DNA of 64,000 nucleotides from Octopus bimaculoides (GCF_001194135.2 NC_068981.1:43732017-43796016), one strand, 5' to 3'. Numbered from the stretch's first letter, positions 26,457-39,740 are shown. Numbers and translations: made by a program. Notes: a model not told the origin generated them from the sequence alone.

Positions 26457-26531
26457 ATGTATTTGCTGTGGAAGCTGAAGAAGTTTTAGACAGATATCAG
26501 TATGCAGGATTACAAGCTAAATGAGTTAATG
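26457..26531 (+). other. Candidate 75-nt splice-bounded exon with an in-frame TGA (DVFAVEAEEVLDRYQYAGLQAK*VN)
   Basis: cattttaag acceptor, ATG|gtatgt donor, length 3n. The longest frame hits TGA at 26522-26524. Confidence 0.2.
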
Positions 26532-27605
26532 GTATGTATCTCAAATGTAGCTCTGTATCCATGGCCAACGTTTTTAACTCCCACAGGTTCAGATCAGCTA
26601 GCTGCATAAAGCTACTGTGTAAGGAGTCCACCTATCGCTTTAGCATTTTATAATTAATGAATGTTATATTAGCTTGCAGTATTATGTTTGAGTTCTTCTA
26701 TTGGTTAGGTGTAAGTAATGGTAAAACTATTGCAGTGTTTTGTACTCAAGAGATCAATAAATTGGCAAGACTACTAAAAGTTAAATACCTGACTCTAATA
26801 CTTTCAATAATACCAAGTATAGAAAACAACTACAACAACAATATTTGTTGTAAACTTTACATTCTAGTTTAGTTCTATCTAAGTAACATTGTTTAGAAGA
26901 AGATATTCATTACCATTGGTAATAAGTATATCATTAACCCTTTAGTATTCAAATAACTCTATCAAATGTAATGCTTGTTTATTCACAATGTCTTGAATTA
27001 ATCATGAGTTATATTTTGTAGCTTTAGGATTTTGATGATGTGATCAATTATTTTTAGAATGACATTATAAGGTAGATGTGAGAAGCCAGAACTAGCCAGT
27101 TTGAACATAAAACAGGTAGAACATTTTAGCTGGATATAGTTGGTTTAAATGCTAATGGGTTAATGTCCTTGAGAAAGGTACAATTTCCATTTTTAAAATG
27201 AATATAGACATCTATTTTTCTTTCTATCTATCTGTCAGTCTGTCTGTCCATCTGTAAATCCTTCTTTCCAATCGTCTATCCATCCAGTTGTCCATCTTTC
27301 CAATCATCCATCAGTTTGTCTACCAGTGTATGTTTGTATGTATATTTCTTTGGGATTTACTTTAAGTGATTTTCATTAGCAGAACACATGCTAGTTTCTA
27401 AGAAGGTTGCAAGGCACTTTTGCTTAAATCAAGACAGCTTTGGTGGCAGTGATCACCTGGATTGACTGATGTATCTATAAATGTGTGTGTGTGTATCTGT
27501 ATGTGAATAAGCTTGGAGGTGAGGGTGCGTGTGTCAAGATAAAACACAAACATGTTTGTTTTATTATTGTTTTCAAGTGTGCATGCATATATATATATAT
27601 ATATA

Positions 27606-28195
27606 GTGTAGGTATCAGTTAAAGGGGTTTAACACCTCTGAGGGATAATTAAATCCAGAGTTGCTCCTGGCTATTAGCTGGGTAGGTACAGTCTTTTGTA
27701 AGGTTGTACACTAGCAGGTGGTTCGGTTGGAAAACTGGAGTTTAGGTTATATAGGAGAAGAAAATGGATATAATAACAATGGGAAACTTGTTGTTTTCGC
27801 TGGTATGTCTTTAATTAAATAGCTAACAAGGAAGAAGAAGCAGACATAAGAGAAGCATTTACGATCGTTTCAATTTACTGGTTTAAGTAAATCTCTTCAG
27901 AATGCGAATATAGATAGATGCATCGGTTAGGATGTGAAAATAATTGATAGACATTTGATGGTAATGTAAACAATTTGATAATTTTTACATTAGATTTTTG
28001 TTCTTGTACTGGTAAATTCTCTGGGTAGCAGTTTGCTTGTGGTAGATTGCTTAGTTTCGTTGGGTAATTAGGGCAGGGTGAGTATTATTTAGGTGCGGGA
28101 TTCCTAGTTTAATTAAGCACATTTTTTTCGCACGTGTGTATTCCATTTGGAATACACATGTGCCATTGTTATTATATCCATTCTCTTCTCCTATA
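27606..28195 (-). mobile_element. PLE terminal cassette with hammerhead and inverted tail, inserted in (TA)n
   Basis: TA arrays on both sides. 33-bp inverted repeat at 27750-27782 and 28163-28195 (1 mismatch). Junction hairpin at 28131-28162. Minus frame CAKKMCLIKLGIPHLNNT resembles a GIY-YIG C-terminus. Confidence 0.75.
27855..27905 (-). ncRNA. Type I hammerhead ribozyme, intact core
   Basis: Minus strand: GCATT CTGAAGA GATTTACT taaacc AGTAAATT GAAA CG at CG TA / AATGC. Stem I has 5 bp, stem II 8 bp and stem III is the palindrome ACGATCGT. The GUA cleavage site falls between 27860 and 27859. Confidence 0.9.
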
Positions 28196-28254
28196 TATAT
28201 ATATATATATATATTCCATATGTAGATATGAATGAGCAAATATGTTCACCCAAG

Positions 28255-28720
28255 AACCTCAAATGGAAATTCCCTGAAATGTTTGAGACAAATTTTCACT
28301 CTTTGTCCCTATGATTTTATTTAAAGAATGCAGATCAGTCTGCTCTGTTCACATTTGGTGAACCAAACCATTCAAAATTTTTATAAAGATTTGTTGTTAT
28401 GTAAGCCTAATGCACCTATGACAATAAGAACAAATGAAATCTATGACCTGGATGTAAGAGCTGTAGATTTCTTATTAGTTCTTCATAGATGTTTTTCTTT
28501 CTCTCAGTTTCGGAAGATATTCACATCTGCTGGGCAGGTGATCTCCACCACAGTGCACAACTTTTGCTCCCTGTCCCATGCAACAGAATCCGGTCTATTG
28601 TGCTCACATTGAGTTGCTGTGTCTAATGGAATGTTCCACCAGTATTCTTATTTTTAAAGGTGTGGTTACTTACTGGATCTGGTGTGCCTTTGGTATGACT
28701 TTTGGGACAATCCATCTTGC
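28255..28720 (-). mobile_element. Restriction-like endonuclease (RLE) domain relic of an R4/Dong/NeSL-type non-LTR retrotransposon
   Basis: Minus strand YWWNIPLDTATQCEHNRPDSVAWDREQKLCTVVEITCPADVNI...RNLQLL...IGALG contains the RPD..E..P.D...K and IGALG hallmarks. Contains stops and frameshifts. Confidence 0.75.
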
Positions 28721-28884
28721 ATAGAACATTGTAGTATCTTAGCAACAACCTTGTATCACAAATGTCTGTGTATCTATAAACATATAATTTACATCTAACC
28801 AATAGAAGAACTCAAACACAATAGTGCAAGCTAATATGACATTCATTAATTATAAAATGTTAAAGCAATGGGTGGTCTCCTTAC

Positions 28885-28966
<82 letters not shown>

Positions 28967-29286
28967 TATAAACATGCCATTTAAATGTGCAATCTAATAA
29001 GAGAGACCTTCTTCACTGTGCTGAACGAATCTGCTAGAAATAGCAACCAAAGCTATCATCAATCATACCATGTTTTACAAAGTAAGTAAAAACTGGAAGC
29101 ACATATTGGATAACATAATCTGTGATAAACTATAAAGCTAGAGTGGTCATGATGAGAATGATAATGATGAGGATGATAATGATGAAGATGATGATTTGCA
29201 ACTAGCCTGATAAGCACCACTTCAGGAAACTCTCAGCCCTTGCATCACTCTAACTTCTGCTGATTAATAAAACACACTTATGCACA

Positions 29287-29352
<66 letters not shown>

Positions 29353-29354
<2 letters not shown>

Positions 29355-29790
29355 AGGGGCAACACAGAAAAATGAGAACTCTTCAAAGCCCCAACAAAAA
29401 TAGGAAAAACTCAAATCCAACAAAACAAATTTATTAACAGAAATTAAACAAATTGCCTTTTAAGAATCAGTAATCAAAATTATTCATGTTTGAAGATTAT
29501 GTCTTGTAGATGATGTCCTATTCTACATATGCATTCTGCCAGTCTACCATTGAGGTTCCCTTTTGCTCAGTGCAACGTCTCAGTTGGTATACCATAAATT
29601 TTGTTTTCAATTCTTTGTTTCAATTCATCCAGTGTCCTTGGCTGAGCCATATAGATCTGACACTTAAGGTAGCCCCACAAGGAAAAATCACAAACAGACA
29701 AATTTGGTGATCTTGGGAGCCAGTGAATATCACCAAATCTTGAGATGATACGGTTACTGAACAAATATTGCATAGATGCCATTGATTACC
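29353..29790 (-). mobile_element. Tc1/mariner-superfamily transposase C-terminal relic with a probable TIR
   Basis: RIISRFGDIHWLPRSPNLSVCDFSLWGYLKCQIYMAQPRTLDELKQRI matches WPPRSPDL...DFFLWGYLK. A TA-flanked TIR-like end lies at about 29353. Confidence 0.85.
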
Positions 29791-31124
29791 TTGTAGTGTG
29801 TGATGTCACACCTTCCTATTTAGTGTGCTATGTCACACCATCATGAAGTTGTGGAAAATTGTTCAATGCAGGTGAAACAAAGATTGCAGCATGTTACTGC
29901 TTTGTGTAGAAATCTAGTCAAGTGGGGTCATAATCACTACTGTGATAACAAAGACGAACAATGTTTAAAATTTTTTGAGTCCTTTATTTTCTATTCATAC
30001 ATAATATCGTGCAGGTGTACTGTGTGTATATACAAATGTATAGCAAGTGTATGGTAGACTACGAAATAAAACAAACTTAAATACAAAAATTATTTGAACA
30101 GGGTTTTACTGATATTTGACTTCTTGATATACAACTTTCTTGTAACATTGGATATACACACACATGGATACACAATTATCTACGCATTATTATAAGTCTC
30201 AGGTTAATGTAAGGAAAACAACTAGATAATTTTAAATTATCTTACAAAACCTTTGTTGGCTCATCATCCTAGAAGCAGCAGAAAATTGGTCACACTGGTA
30301 CAAAGCTGCATTTGCAGTAATATGAAATATCCAAAGAAGAACATTCAGATATGATAGTAGGTTTACTGAGATATAGATGGACACAAAAAGGGACCCCACT
30401 CCTTTTTTTTAAAACAGAATGACCTCAATCCCAGCTACAAACTGGAAGTGACTCACTTCCGACAAGTTGTGAAAACCAATACTAAATAGTAATACAGTAG
30501 ACTGATCATTGGAGATAACACAGCATCTAAACATATCAATCCAAAGTGACAGTCATTGTGATCCTCTCTTCATTCTCGGAAGAAGACTAATTTCTATACT
30601 GTAATGACTCACATAATAATCAAATTAATAAATGGCCATCATAATAAGTAATTAATATTGTTCTTCATCATTTAATTTTATGTGATGCAACATATCATAA
30701 TGCATAAAAGTAACATTGAGCTAGAGAATGGTTTGCTGTTAAGGAATACCAAAAATATTTACTTTTTTGATTTTCATTCAATATTTTCATGTGAAGACAT
30801 AGAGTATAACCATTCATACAGACATACGTATGCTTGTAAACATACATACATGCATTAATGAATGAATAAGTATGTCCATTCTCTCGGATGAGGATTGGAA
30901 GCCTCAAATGCAAACACTGCCACCACTCTTCACCACTTACTGCAGTCTAGTGATGAAGTTGCATGCTCCACACTCCAACATGTCCCTCCCTTTTCAGTCC
31001 TTGTCGCCCATTTTCCAAGTGGTCAGTCCTCAATGTTGTATGCACAGAGTTTCTCAGTCAGCCCTGAAAAAAACAGCCAAAATATTTGTGTGTGTGTGCG
31101 TGTGTGTGTGTTTGTGATCATATA

Positions 31125-31445
31125 TCATCCTTTAACGTCCACCTTCCATGCAGGCATGGGTTGTATGGTATGACAGGAGCTGGACAGGCAGAAGACTACC
31201 CCAGCTGCTGTGTCTGTTTTTGCAAGGTTTATATGGCTGGATGCCCTTTCTAACATCAGCCACTCTGCAAAGTGGACTGAGTGATTTTACATGGCACCAG
31301 CACAAGTGAGGTCAGTTTTGGCATGGTTTTTACAGTTGGATGCCCTTTCAAATGCCAACCACTTTACAGTGTGGACTGAGTGCTTCTTACGTGGCACCAG
31401 CACTGTCAGGGTCACCAAGTAACTTGCAAGACAAGGAAGTTTGAG
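31125..31445 (-). mobile_element. RTE 3'-UTR fragment
   Basis: Reverse complement of the gaaagggcatccagc and catggaaggtggacgttaaa tail. Confidence 0.75.
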
Positions 31446-31779
31446 AGGAGTAGAGACTACAGTATGTGGTGAGGAGTAGTGGCTGTGTTTGTATTTGAAG
31501 CTCTCAACCATCATATATACAAGGAAGTGCTGTAAGGTTTCTGGTGTTAAGCATATCGAGAAAGGCCTGGCAGAAGGCCCAAACTTCTGAGTTCTTTTAC
31601 AAGACTTAGAAAAAACTGAAGAACCACTGCAACATGTGTGAATCTGAGAGGGGAATATGTTGAATATAATCAAAATTAACCAATCCTCCTGTATTTTTTT
31701 AACCCAAAGCTAGGAACTTTTCAGTACTCTGTTGTATGTATATACATACATATGTTGTATGTATATACATATATATATT

Positions 31780-31820
<41 letters not shown>

Positions 31821-32692
31821 TGACACAGTTGGCTTCCAAAGAGTTCACCAATTTTACTTACAAGCCATTAATCTGCTCAAGTCTAAAGTAGATGTTTTTC
31901 CAAGGTGCTGGACAGTGGGATAGAATCTAAAACCTAGTCATTACAGAGCAAAGTCTGTATCTTCACAGCCATATAATAATTACAATATAAAATGATTCCT
32001 CGGCTTTACTTCATTTTGTAATGCTCTATGCCCTGCACTAAGCTGCAACAGGTCTATTTTTCAGTTCCCTTGTTCATTATTTCTCTACATATACGCATAA
32101 CCTTTTGATAGGTTGAATTCAGTATTATTATTTTTAACGGAATAAATATGTAATTCTCTTAATTAGTCTGCTACAGACATATGGGTAGCAGAATAGTCTG
32201 GATATTTAGATTTGCTTTAGCAATAGAAAATCTTGGAAATTTAGCTATGAAGAATCCCTAGAGTTTTCAATGGAAACTTAAATTGAACCAAAACCTAAAA
32301 TAATCATTTGGACATTCTATTTCTATATTTCTGATGGATTTATCTTCAATAATCTATTTCAGGCAGTCCTATCTTGGGAATGATTCCAATCTATCTTGAT
32401 TCCCATAATTTAGTGTTCTTTACTTTTTCTTGTTATTAACATACATACGCTCATACTTTATCTATACATATTCATTCATAATCTTGTTGATCACTAGACT
32501 AATGAATGTGTATATACAACAAACTCTTGGCAACACCTCTTAACTTTCAGTCACTCCTACAGCAATAATTACATTAAACCAGCTGTCAGCCACAACAGAC
32601 AAACATAACATAGCTGTATATGATATAATCATCATCATACATTTCATCTAATAGCACCTGTTTTACCATGAAGTAGAATATCTATGTATGTA

Positions 32693-32733
<41 letters not shown>

Positions 32734-32839
32734 ATATCTGCATGTCTACACATGCTCTCTCATACACATACACATGTGCACATGCATGCATGCACACACA
32801 CACACATGTATATATTATATATATACATACATATATGCG

Positions 32840-32897
<58 letters not shown>

Positions 32898-33349
32898 NNN
32901 NNNNNNNNNNNNNNNNNNNNNNNNNNNNNNNNNNNNNNNNNNNNNNNNNNNNNNNNNNNNNNNNNNNNNNNNNNNNNNNNNNNNNNNNNNNNNNNNNNNN
33001 NNNNNNNNNNNNNNNNNNNNNNNNNNNNNNNNACACATGATATATATGTAGATAATTAAGTTTGAGAGAGAAAAAGAAATAGCTGTTTTGACCTTTACTA
33101 AAACTGTTTCAAATACCAAGTCTTGTTTTCCTAATTACTCCATTAGCCCCAAATTGTGCAATAGTTTATTAGCTAAAGTTTCATATTTTAATTATGGTGC
33201 AGCATGAGAACAATTGGTTTTTAATTTTTATTTATTTTTATTTTCATTTTATTTCTTACATTTTGTTTATTCATTTAGTCTTTATCGTTTTTGCTTCATA
33301 AACATCTCATTCTGCTTGTTTTTATTTCTTACTCAGTTTCGACATATAA

Positions 33350-33630
33350 AGAGTGTACTTGCTGCTGTAATGGATATGTGATGCGTATGGAAGATGATGG
33401 CTATATGAAGAAGTGTACAGGGTTCAAAGTAGATGGAAACTGAAAGAAGCCCATCATGTGTGTGTGTCTTTGTGTCTGCGTTTGTCCATCACCACTGCTT
33501 GAAAGCCGATGTTGGTGAGTTTACATCCCCTGTAACTTAGCAGTTGGGTAGACTTAAAAGAAAATAAGTACCAGAGTTGATCTATGTGGCCACAGTTTAA
33601 TGACTGAAACAAGTAAAAGATAAAATATAA
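33350..33630 (+). mobile_element. RTE ORF fragment fused to the 3' half of a family A SINE
   Basis: GYVMRMEDDGYMKKCTGFKVDG runs through gtagatggaaac into tgaaagaagccc of the SINE. Confidence 0.7.
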
Positions 33631-34031
33631 AAGATATCCATATAACATGGGGAAATAAATGTTGAAAATGCTGGTAGCATTGGAGACTGGATGGCATATG
33701 CATACTTATATATATACACACCACACACATATACATACATGCATACATGTGTACATGCAGTGACTGACACTTCTCATTGATGATTTCCAGTTGATTGAAA
33801 TCATGTAATATGAGGATTCCGCTGCCCATGACAGACGATTCTCATTTGCTATGATCTGTGTGTGTGTCTTTATGCATCAAGTGTCTATATGAGAGGATCT
33901 CTCAAGGCCAATAATGAAGTATCTGGTGTTCTAAAGAGACATTCTTGTTAAGCCTTATATAAAGATCACCTTTCAATACCAATACTGTTTTGTTGGTAAT
34001 ACTTAATATGAATATGTATATCTATCCCCCC

Positions 34032-34073
<42 letters not shown>

Positions 34074-34349
34074 NNNNNNNNNNCTATCTATCTATCTATC
34101 TATCGACACACACACACACACACACACACATGGTTGACATCATATGAATTTATAAATTTTAAGAGAATAAGGAATAATTGTTTTGGAACAGTGATATTCA
34201 ATGCAGATAAAACTATAAATGATGGCGAGTAAAAATTGGGTTAAAACTCCTTTTTGATAGAAGAATCATAAGGCTGCCCATGTGACTCAAGCTCATAGCC
34301 TCTGTAAACATAACAGGCTTTCTACCATTGAACCAAGCAACCCTTTGTA

Positions 34350-34765
34350 TTTCATCATCATCATCATTTAACGTCCGCTTTCCATGCTAGCATGGGTTGG
34401 ACGATTTGACTGAGGAATGGCAAACCAGATGGCTTCGCCAGGCTCCAATCTGGTCTGGCAGAGTTTCCACAGCTGGATGCCCTTCCCAATGTTAACCACT
34501 CTGAGAGTGTAGTGGGTGCTTTTATGTGCCATTGGCACGAGGGCCAGTCAGGCAGTACTGGCAACGGCCACGCTCAAATGGTGTTTTTTACATGCCACCT
34601 GCACAGGAGTCAGTCCAGCGGCACTGGCAACCATCTCGCTTGTCTGTTTTGTTCACGTGCCACCGGCACAAGTGCTGGTAAGGTGACACTGGTAACGATC
34701 ACTCTCAAATGATGCTTTTTACGTGCCACTGTCACGGAAGCCAGTCAGCTGCTCTGGCAGTGATT
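34350..34765 (-). mobile_element. RTE 3'-UTR fragment with internal subrepeats and (GAT)n tail
   Basis: catcatcatcatttaacgtccgctttccatgctagcatggg is the reverse complement of the RTE tail. Confidence 0.85.
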
Positions 34766-35194
34766 TATTTTTCTCTATATTTTTAAAACTGTTGATATCA
34801 TAAAAAATTTATATATATTGAGTGTATGGCTAACCATATACTTCTAAATAAGACCCTGATTTTTACCATTATACCTTGCGGATATGTAAAATAATAATTT
34901 TTTTGGAACAGTGAAACTCAATGCAGAGAAAGCTGTAATTAATAGCTTGTAAATATTGTGTTAAAAATACTCTTTGCAAAGAAAATGTGGAAGGCTGCTT
35001 TGAGTTTAACTGAAATATTGGTTCACTCCAATAACAGAATGCCTTGGGCAGCCTTCACCTTTTTCTATTCAAAGGCTTTTCTAACAATATTTATATGCTA
35101 TTATTTTTAGCTTTGTCTACTAACAGTTTCATTGTTCTCAACATGGCTGTAGTAGCGAAATGTGCTGAGACACATTTTTGAAGAAAAAAAACAT

Positions 35195-35542
35195 ACATTT
35201 GGCCCAACAGCCCTCACCGTTTGTTTTTACTGTCATTTTTTTTTTTTTCTTTTTACTGTTTTTATTGTTTTTACTGTCTTGTTCTCACTGTCCTGTTCTT
35301 GTTAACACTTTCACCCTCCGCAAAAAATTCCAAATTTTATTTAATTTGCTTTGCGGGAAGGACTGTTCCAACGAAGTCGCGTATTGTACTTGCCTTTGAA
35401 ATGCAGAGTAAATGGACAGGGACAACTGATGAAGGGATATACTCTATGTTGCATGTCTCGTTTCTCTTTTTTTTCGTTATTCAAGAAAAGTTTGTTTTCT
35501 GTTTTCATTTTTATGTTTTCGTTTTTCGTTTCTCATTGTGTT
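35195..35542 (+). mobile_element. PLE-type terminal remnant with permuted hammerhead-like motifs
   Basis: gccttt GAAA (35398) ... CTGATGA aggg (35426). T-rich tail running into an N-gap. Confidence 0.45.
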
Positions 35543-35829
35543 NNNNNNNNNNNNNNNNNNNNNNNNNNNNNNNNNNNNNNNNNNNNNNNNNNNNNNNNNN
35601 NNNNNNNNNNNNNNNNNNNNNNNNNNNNNNNNNNNNNNNNNNNNNNNNNNNNNNNNNNNNNNNNNNNNNNNNNNNNNNNNNNNNNNNNNNNNNNNNTATA
35701 TGGTGCCTGTAGAGCACTGCATCTCAGGTGATGAAAAATACGATGGTGCCCCAGCATGATCGCATCTTAAAAACTGAAACAGCTTACAGAATTTAAAGAA
35801 TGTGTGCATGTGTGTGTGTGTGTCTGTAT

Positions 35830-35874
<45 letters not shown>

Positions 35875-35884
35875 GATCTCTACT

Positions 35885-36215
35885 TCTGGGGGGAACTTGT
35901 GGAAGAGGTAGACCCAGGAAGAGATGGGATGAGGTGGTAAAATATGATCTTCAGATGTTGAATCCCACAGACTCTCAGAAGCAATGACGTGCTTGAGAAG
36001 ACACATCAAGGTAAGTTGTGGCCAGTACTGGTGATATGTAAAAGGCACCTAGTACACTCTGTAGAGTGGTTGGCATTAGGAAAGGCATCCGGTCATAGAT
36101 ACCAAATTGAAACAGACAAGTCTGGTGCTGATCTCTGGCTTACCAGTCAGTCCCAGTCAAACTGTCCAACCCATGTCAGCATGGAAAACGGGTACTAAAT
36201 GATGGTGATGATAAT
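35885..36215 (+). mobile_element. RTE 3' end fragment
   Basis: GTCGRGRPRKRWDEVVKYDLQML, then the UTR ending in gatggtgatgat. Confidence 0.85.
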
Positions 36216-36237
36216 GATAAATATATATAGTCTTCTA

Positions 36238-36483
36238 TTTTTTCATTCTGTTATTTGTTTCAGTCATTTAACTGCTGCCATGCTGGAGCACTGCTTTAAG
36301 TCGAACAAGTTAACCTCAGGTTGTCAAGTGATGGTGGGGAGGCAAGCACAAACACACACACACATGCGAAGGGCTTCTTTCAGTTTCCATCTGCCATATC
36401 CACTCACAAGGCTTAAGTTGGCCCACAACTATATTAGAAGACACTTGCCCAACTTGTCACATAGTGGGACTGAACCTGAAACC
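36238..36483 (-). mobile_element. Internally deleted SINE family A
   Basis: Reverse complements of the tail and of the CORE-like segment. Confidence 0.75.
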
Positions 36484-38289
36484 TGTACGTATATATGCAT
36501 ATACTCATTTACTTTTGTTTTTACATGATTNNNNNNNNNNNNNNNNNNNNNNNNNNNNNNNNNNNNNNNNNNNNNNNNNNNNNNNNNNNNNNNNNNNNNN
36601 NNNNNNNNNNNNNNNNNNNNNNNNNNNNNNNNNNNNNNNNNNNNNNNNNNNNNNNNNNNNNNNNNNNNNNNNNNNNNNNNNNNNNNNNNNNNNNNNNNNN
36701 NNNNNNNNNNNNNNNNNNNNNNNNNNNNNNNNNNNNNNNNNNNNNNNNNNNNNNNNNNNNNNNNNNNNNNNNNNNNNNNNNNNNNNNNNNNNNNNNNNNN
36801 NNNNNNNNNNNNNNNNNNNNNNNNNNNNNNNNNNNNNNNNNNNNNNNNNNNNNNNNNNNNNNNNNNNNNNNNNNNNNNNNNNNNNNNNNNNNNNNNNNNN
36901 NNNNNNNNNNNNNNNNNNNNNNNNNNNNNNNNNNNNNNNNNNNNNNNNNNNNNNNNNNNNNNNNNNNNNNNNNNNNNNNNNNNNNNNNNNNNNNNNNNNN
37001 NNNNNNNNNNNNNNNNNNNNNNNNNNNNNNNNNNNNNNNNNNNNNNNNNNNNNNNNNNNNNNNNNNNNNNNNNNNNNNNNNNNNNNNNNNNNNNNNNNNN
37101 NNNNNNNNNNNNNNNNNNNNNNNNNNNNNNNNNNNNNNNNNNNNNNNNNNNNNNNNNNNNNNNNNNNNNNNNNNNNNNNNNNNNNNNNNNNNNNNNNNNN
37201 NNNNNNNNNNNNNNNNNNNNNNNNNNNTACGTATATATGCATATACTCATTTACTTTTGTTTTTATATATATGTGTATATACACACACACATGCACACAC
37301 ACACACACACATGCACACACACACATACATATTCAAAGCTGTCTAAACATATTTTACTACTACACCAATTCTCATGATAAACTGATAAATACGAAACTCA
37401 GAATAACAACAGAATACAGTGTCAGTTTCAAAGACATAAATAAGCTGTTTACACCTATTGAGTACTTTTGTTTATTCATCCCAAAGACACACATGCTCAC
37501 ATGTACGCATAGAGAGAGAGTGAGAGAGAGAGAGAGACACACACATACACACACACCTACACACACACACACAGACACATACACGGACACACAACAGACA
37601 CATGCATTTATTTCTGCTTTCTCATTCAAATTAGATCATTTTCCTTTCAACTCAATGGCACTGATCACATATGTACTTGCATTATGGGATAAATTTTAAG
37701 TGATATGCTATTCATATTAGCATTTTTTTCTTACAGGTTCTCTTGCTCAGTGAAAAGATATTAATATTACAATTCTCCAAGCTAGTATCATGAAATTGAA
37801 TTAAGTTAGCAAGATCATTGAGCTTGGATTGTGTTCATAGCTGAAGCAAATATATTTTACTAATGCAGATTATACCAATTGGGGAAACCTTGGACATTGC
37901 AACATTTCATTCCTGGCCATAAAATATTGGAGCATCTGTTTGGTGGAAAATAACCAATATGATAATTTTTCTTGCATTTGTTTATAGTTTGTCATGGAGA
38001 ACATAGTATTCTGTTTGTCTGTCAGTGTGTCTCTTTATTTCTCTCTTTTTTTTCACTCTTGCTCTCTCTTTCTTTATTCTTTATACATACATACAAGCAT
38101 ACATGTAATGCAAAACATCGAAATTACACAGTGTAGACATAGATATATTTCCCAAAACATGAACTCACAGGCACACATATGCACAAACACACATACACAC
38201 ACACACACAAACAGGCACATACACACGCACAAAAACAGACGCACATACACACACATGCACACACACACACATACATATATACGTGTGTA

Positions 38290-39740
38290 AGAGAAAATTG
38301 TGATGTTACAGGTGAGAAATGTGTCTGTATGGATGATGGTGCAAAGAAAGAGGCTTGGAGATGCCATTATGAAAGGCTGCTAAAGGTAGAGAATGAATGG
38401 GAGGAGGAGGGCCTGCCAAATGTTGAGACCCACTCGAGGGACCAGCTACCCGAATCGATAGCACCCTGGTAGATAAAACAATTAGGGATATGAAGTCAGG
38501 AAAATCCCTCGGCCCATCAGGAATCACTGCTGAGATACTTAAAATGTCTGGTGGTGTGGGCTATGGTCTACCCACCCATATTGTAAATCAGGTAGTTCAC
38601 AAAGGAGTCATACCCAATGACTGATGTAGCAGCACCATGGTCAACTGCTACGAAGGTAAAGGTGATGCTTTAGATAGAAATAACTACAGGGGTATCAGAC
38701 TGTGGGATCAGGTGACGTAGGTCACCTAATAAGGGAGAGAGTTTGTTTAGATGAAATGCAGTTCAGTTTTGTGCCAGGTAGGAGCACCATTGATGCTATA
38801 TTTCTGGTAAAGCAACTGCAGGAGAAATACCTAGCCAAAGATAAACTCATATAGTTGGCTTTTGTTGATTTGGAGAAAGCTTTTGACAGGGTCCCCCGAT
38901 CCCTTATCTGGTGGGTGATGCGGAAACTAGGGATAGACGAGTGTTTAATAAGAGCTGTACAAGGAGGCAGTCAGTAAGGTAAGGGTCAGCAATGAGTATA
39001 GTGAAGAATTCCAGGTAGAAGTAGGGGTTCACCAAGGATTAGTCCTCAGCCCCCTTTTATTCATGATAGTCATCCAGGCAATAACAGAGGAATTCAAGAC
39101 AGGCTACCCCTGGGAGCTCCTCTATGCTGATGACCTCACTCTCATAGCAGAATCACTACCACTAGAGAAGAAATTTCAGGTGTGGAAGCAAAGTTTAGAA
39201 TTGAAGGGCCTTAGAATCAATGTTACAAAAACCAAAATCCTAGTAAATAGGAAGGTGAACAAATCACAAACCCCTTCAGGTAGATGGCCCTGCTCAATCT
39301 CTAGAAAAGGTGGAGGAAGAAACTCCAATGATGTACCCAGTGTAAGCTATGGACACATAAGAGGTGCAGTAGCATCAAAGGAAGGCTAACCGGGATGATA
39401 GCTTTTGTGTGCAGCAGATGCAATAAACACTGAAGATGCTCAGAAAATAGATTCCATCACATGCCAGGGGGAGAAACTAGAAGTAGTACATAGCTTCTGC
39501 TACGTAGGTGACCAAGTCTGTAGTTGTGGTGGATGCTCAAAGAGTGTTACCACTAGAATAAGAATAGCCTGGGCAAAGTTCAGAAAGCTTCTACCCCTAC
39601 TGGTGGCAAAGGGTCTCTTGCTCAGAGTGAAAGGTAGATTGTATGATGCATGTGTGCGAACTGCCATGCTTCACGGCGGTGAAACATGGGCCATGACTGC
39701 TGAGGACATACATAGGCTTGAAAGAAATGAAGCTAGTATG

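Noticed and set aside
30872-31080. Purine-rich minus-strand segment with a strong acceptor
   Set aside because: Early stop in the best frame and weak RTE-like residues (EKL.., GHV), so probably a LINE remnant.
36486-37265. Identical ~38-bp sequence on both sides of the 697-N gap
   Set aside because: Most likely a contig-overlap or gap artefact rather than a biological repeat.
36429-37699. Long ORFs of 273-411 aa in the track, and similar ones at 32684-33119, 35221-35809 and 59854-60399
   Set aside because: They are made of X residues from N-gaps and translations of (TA)n/(CA)n microsatellites.
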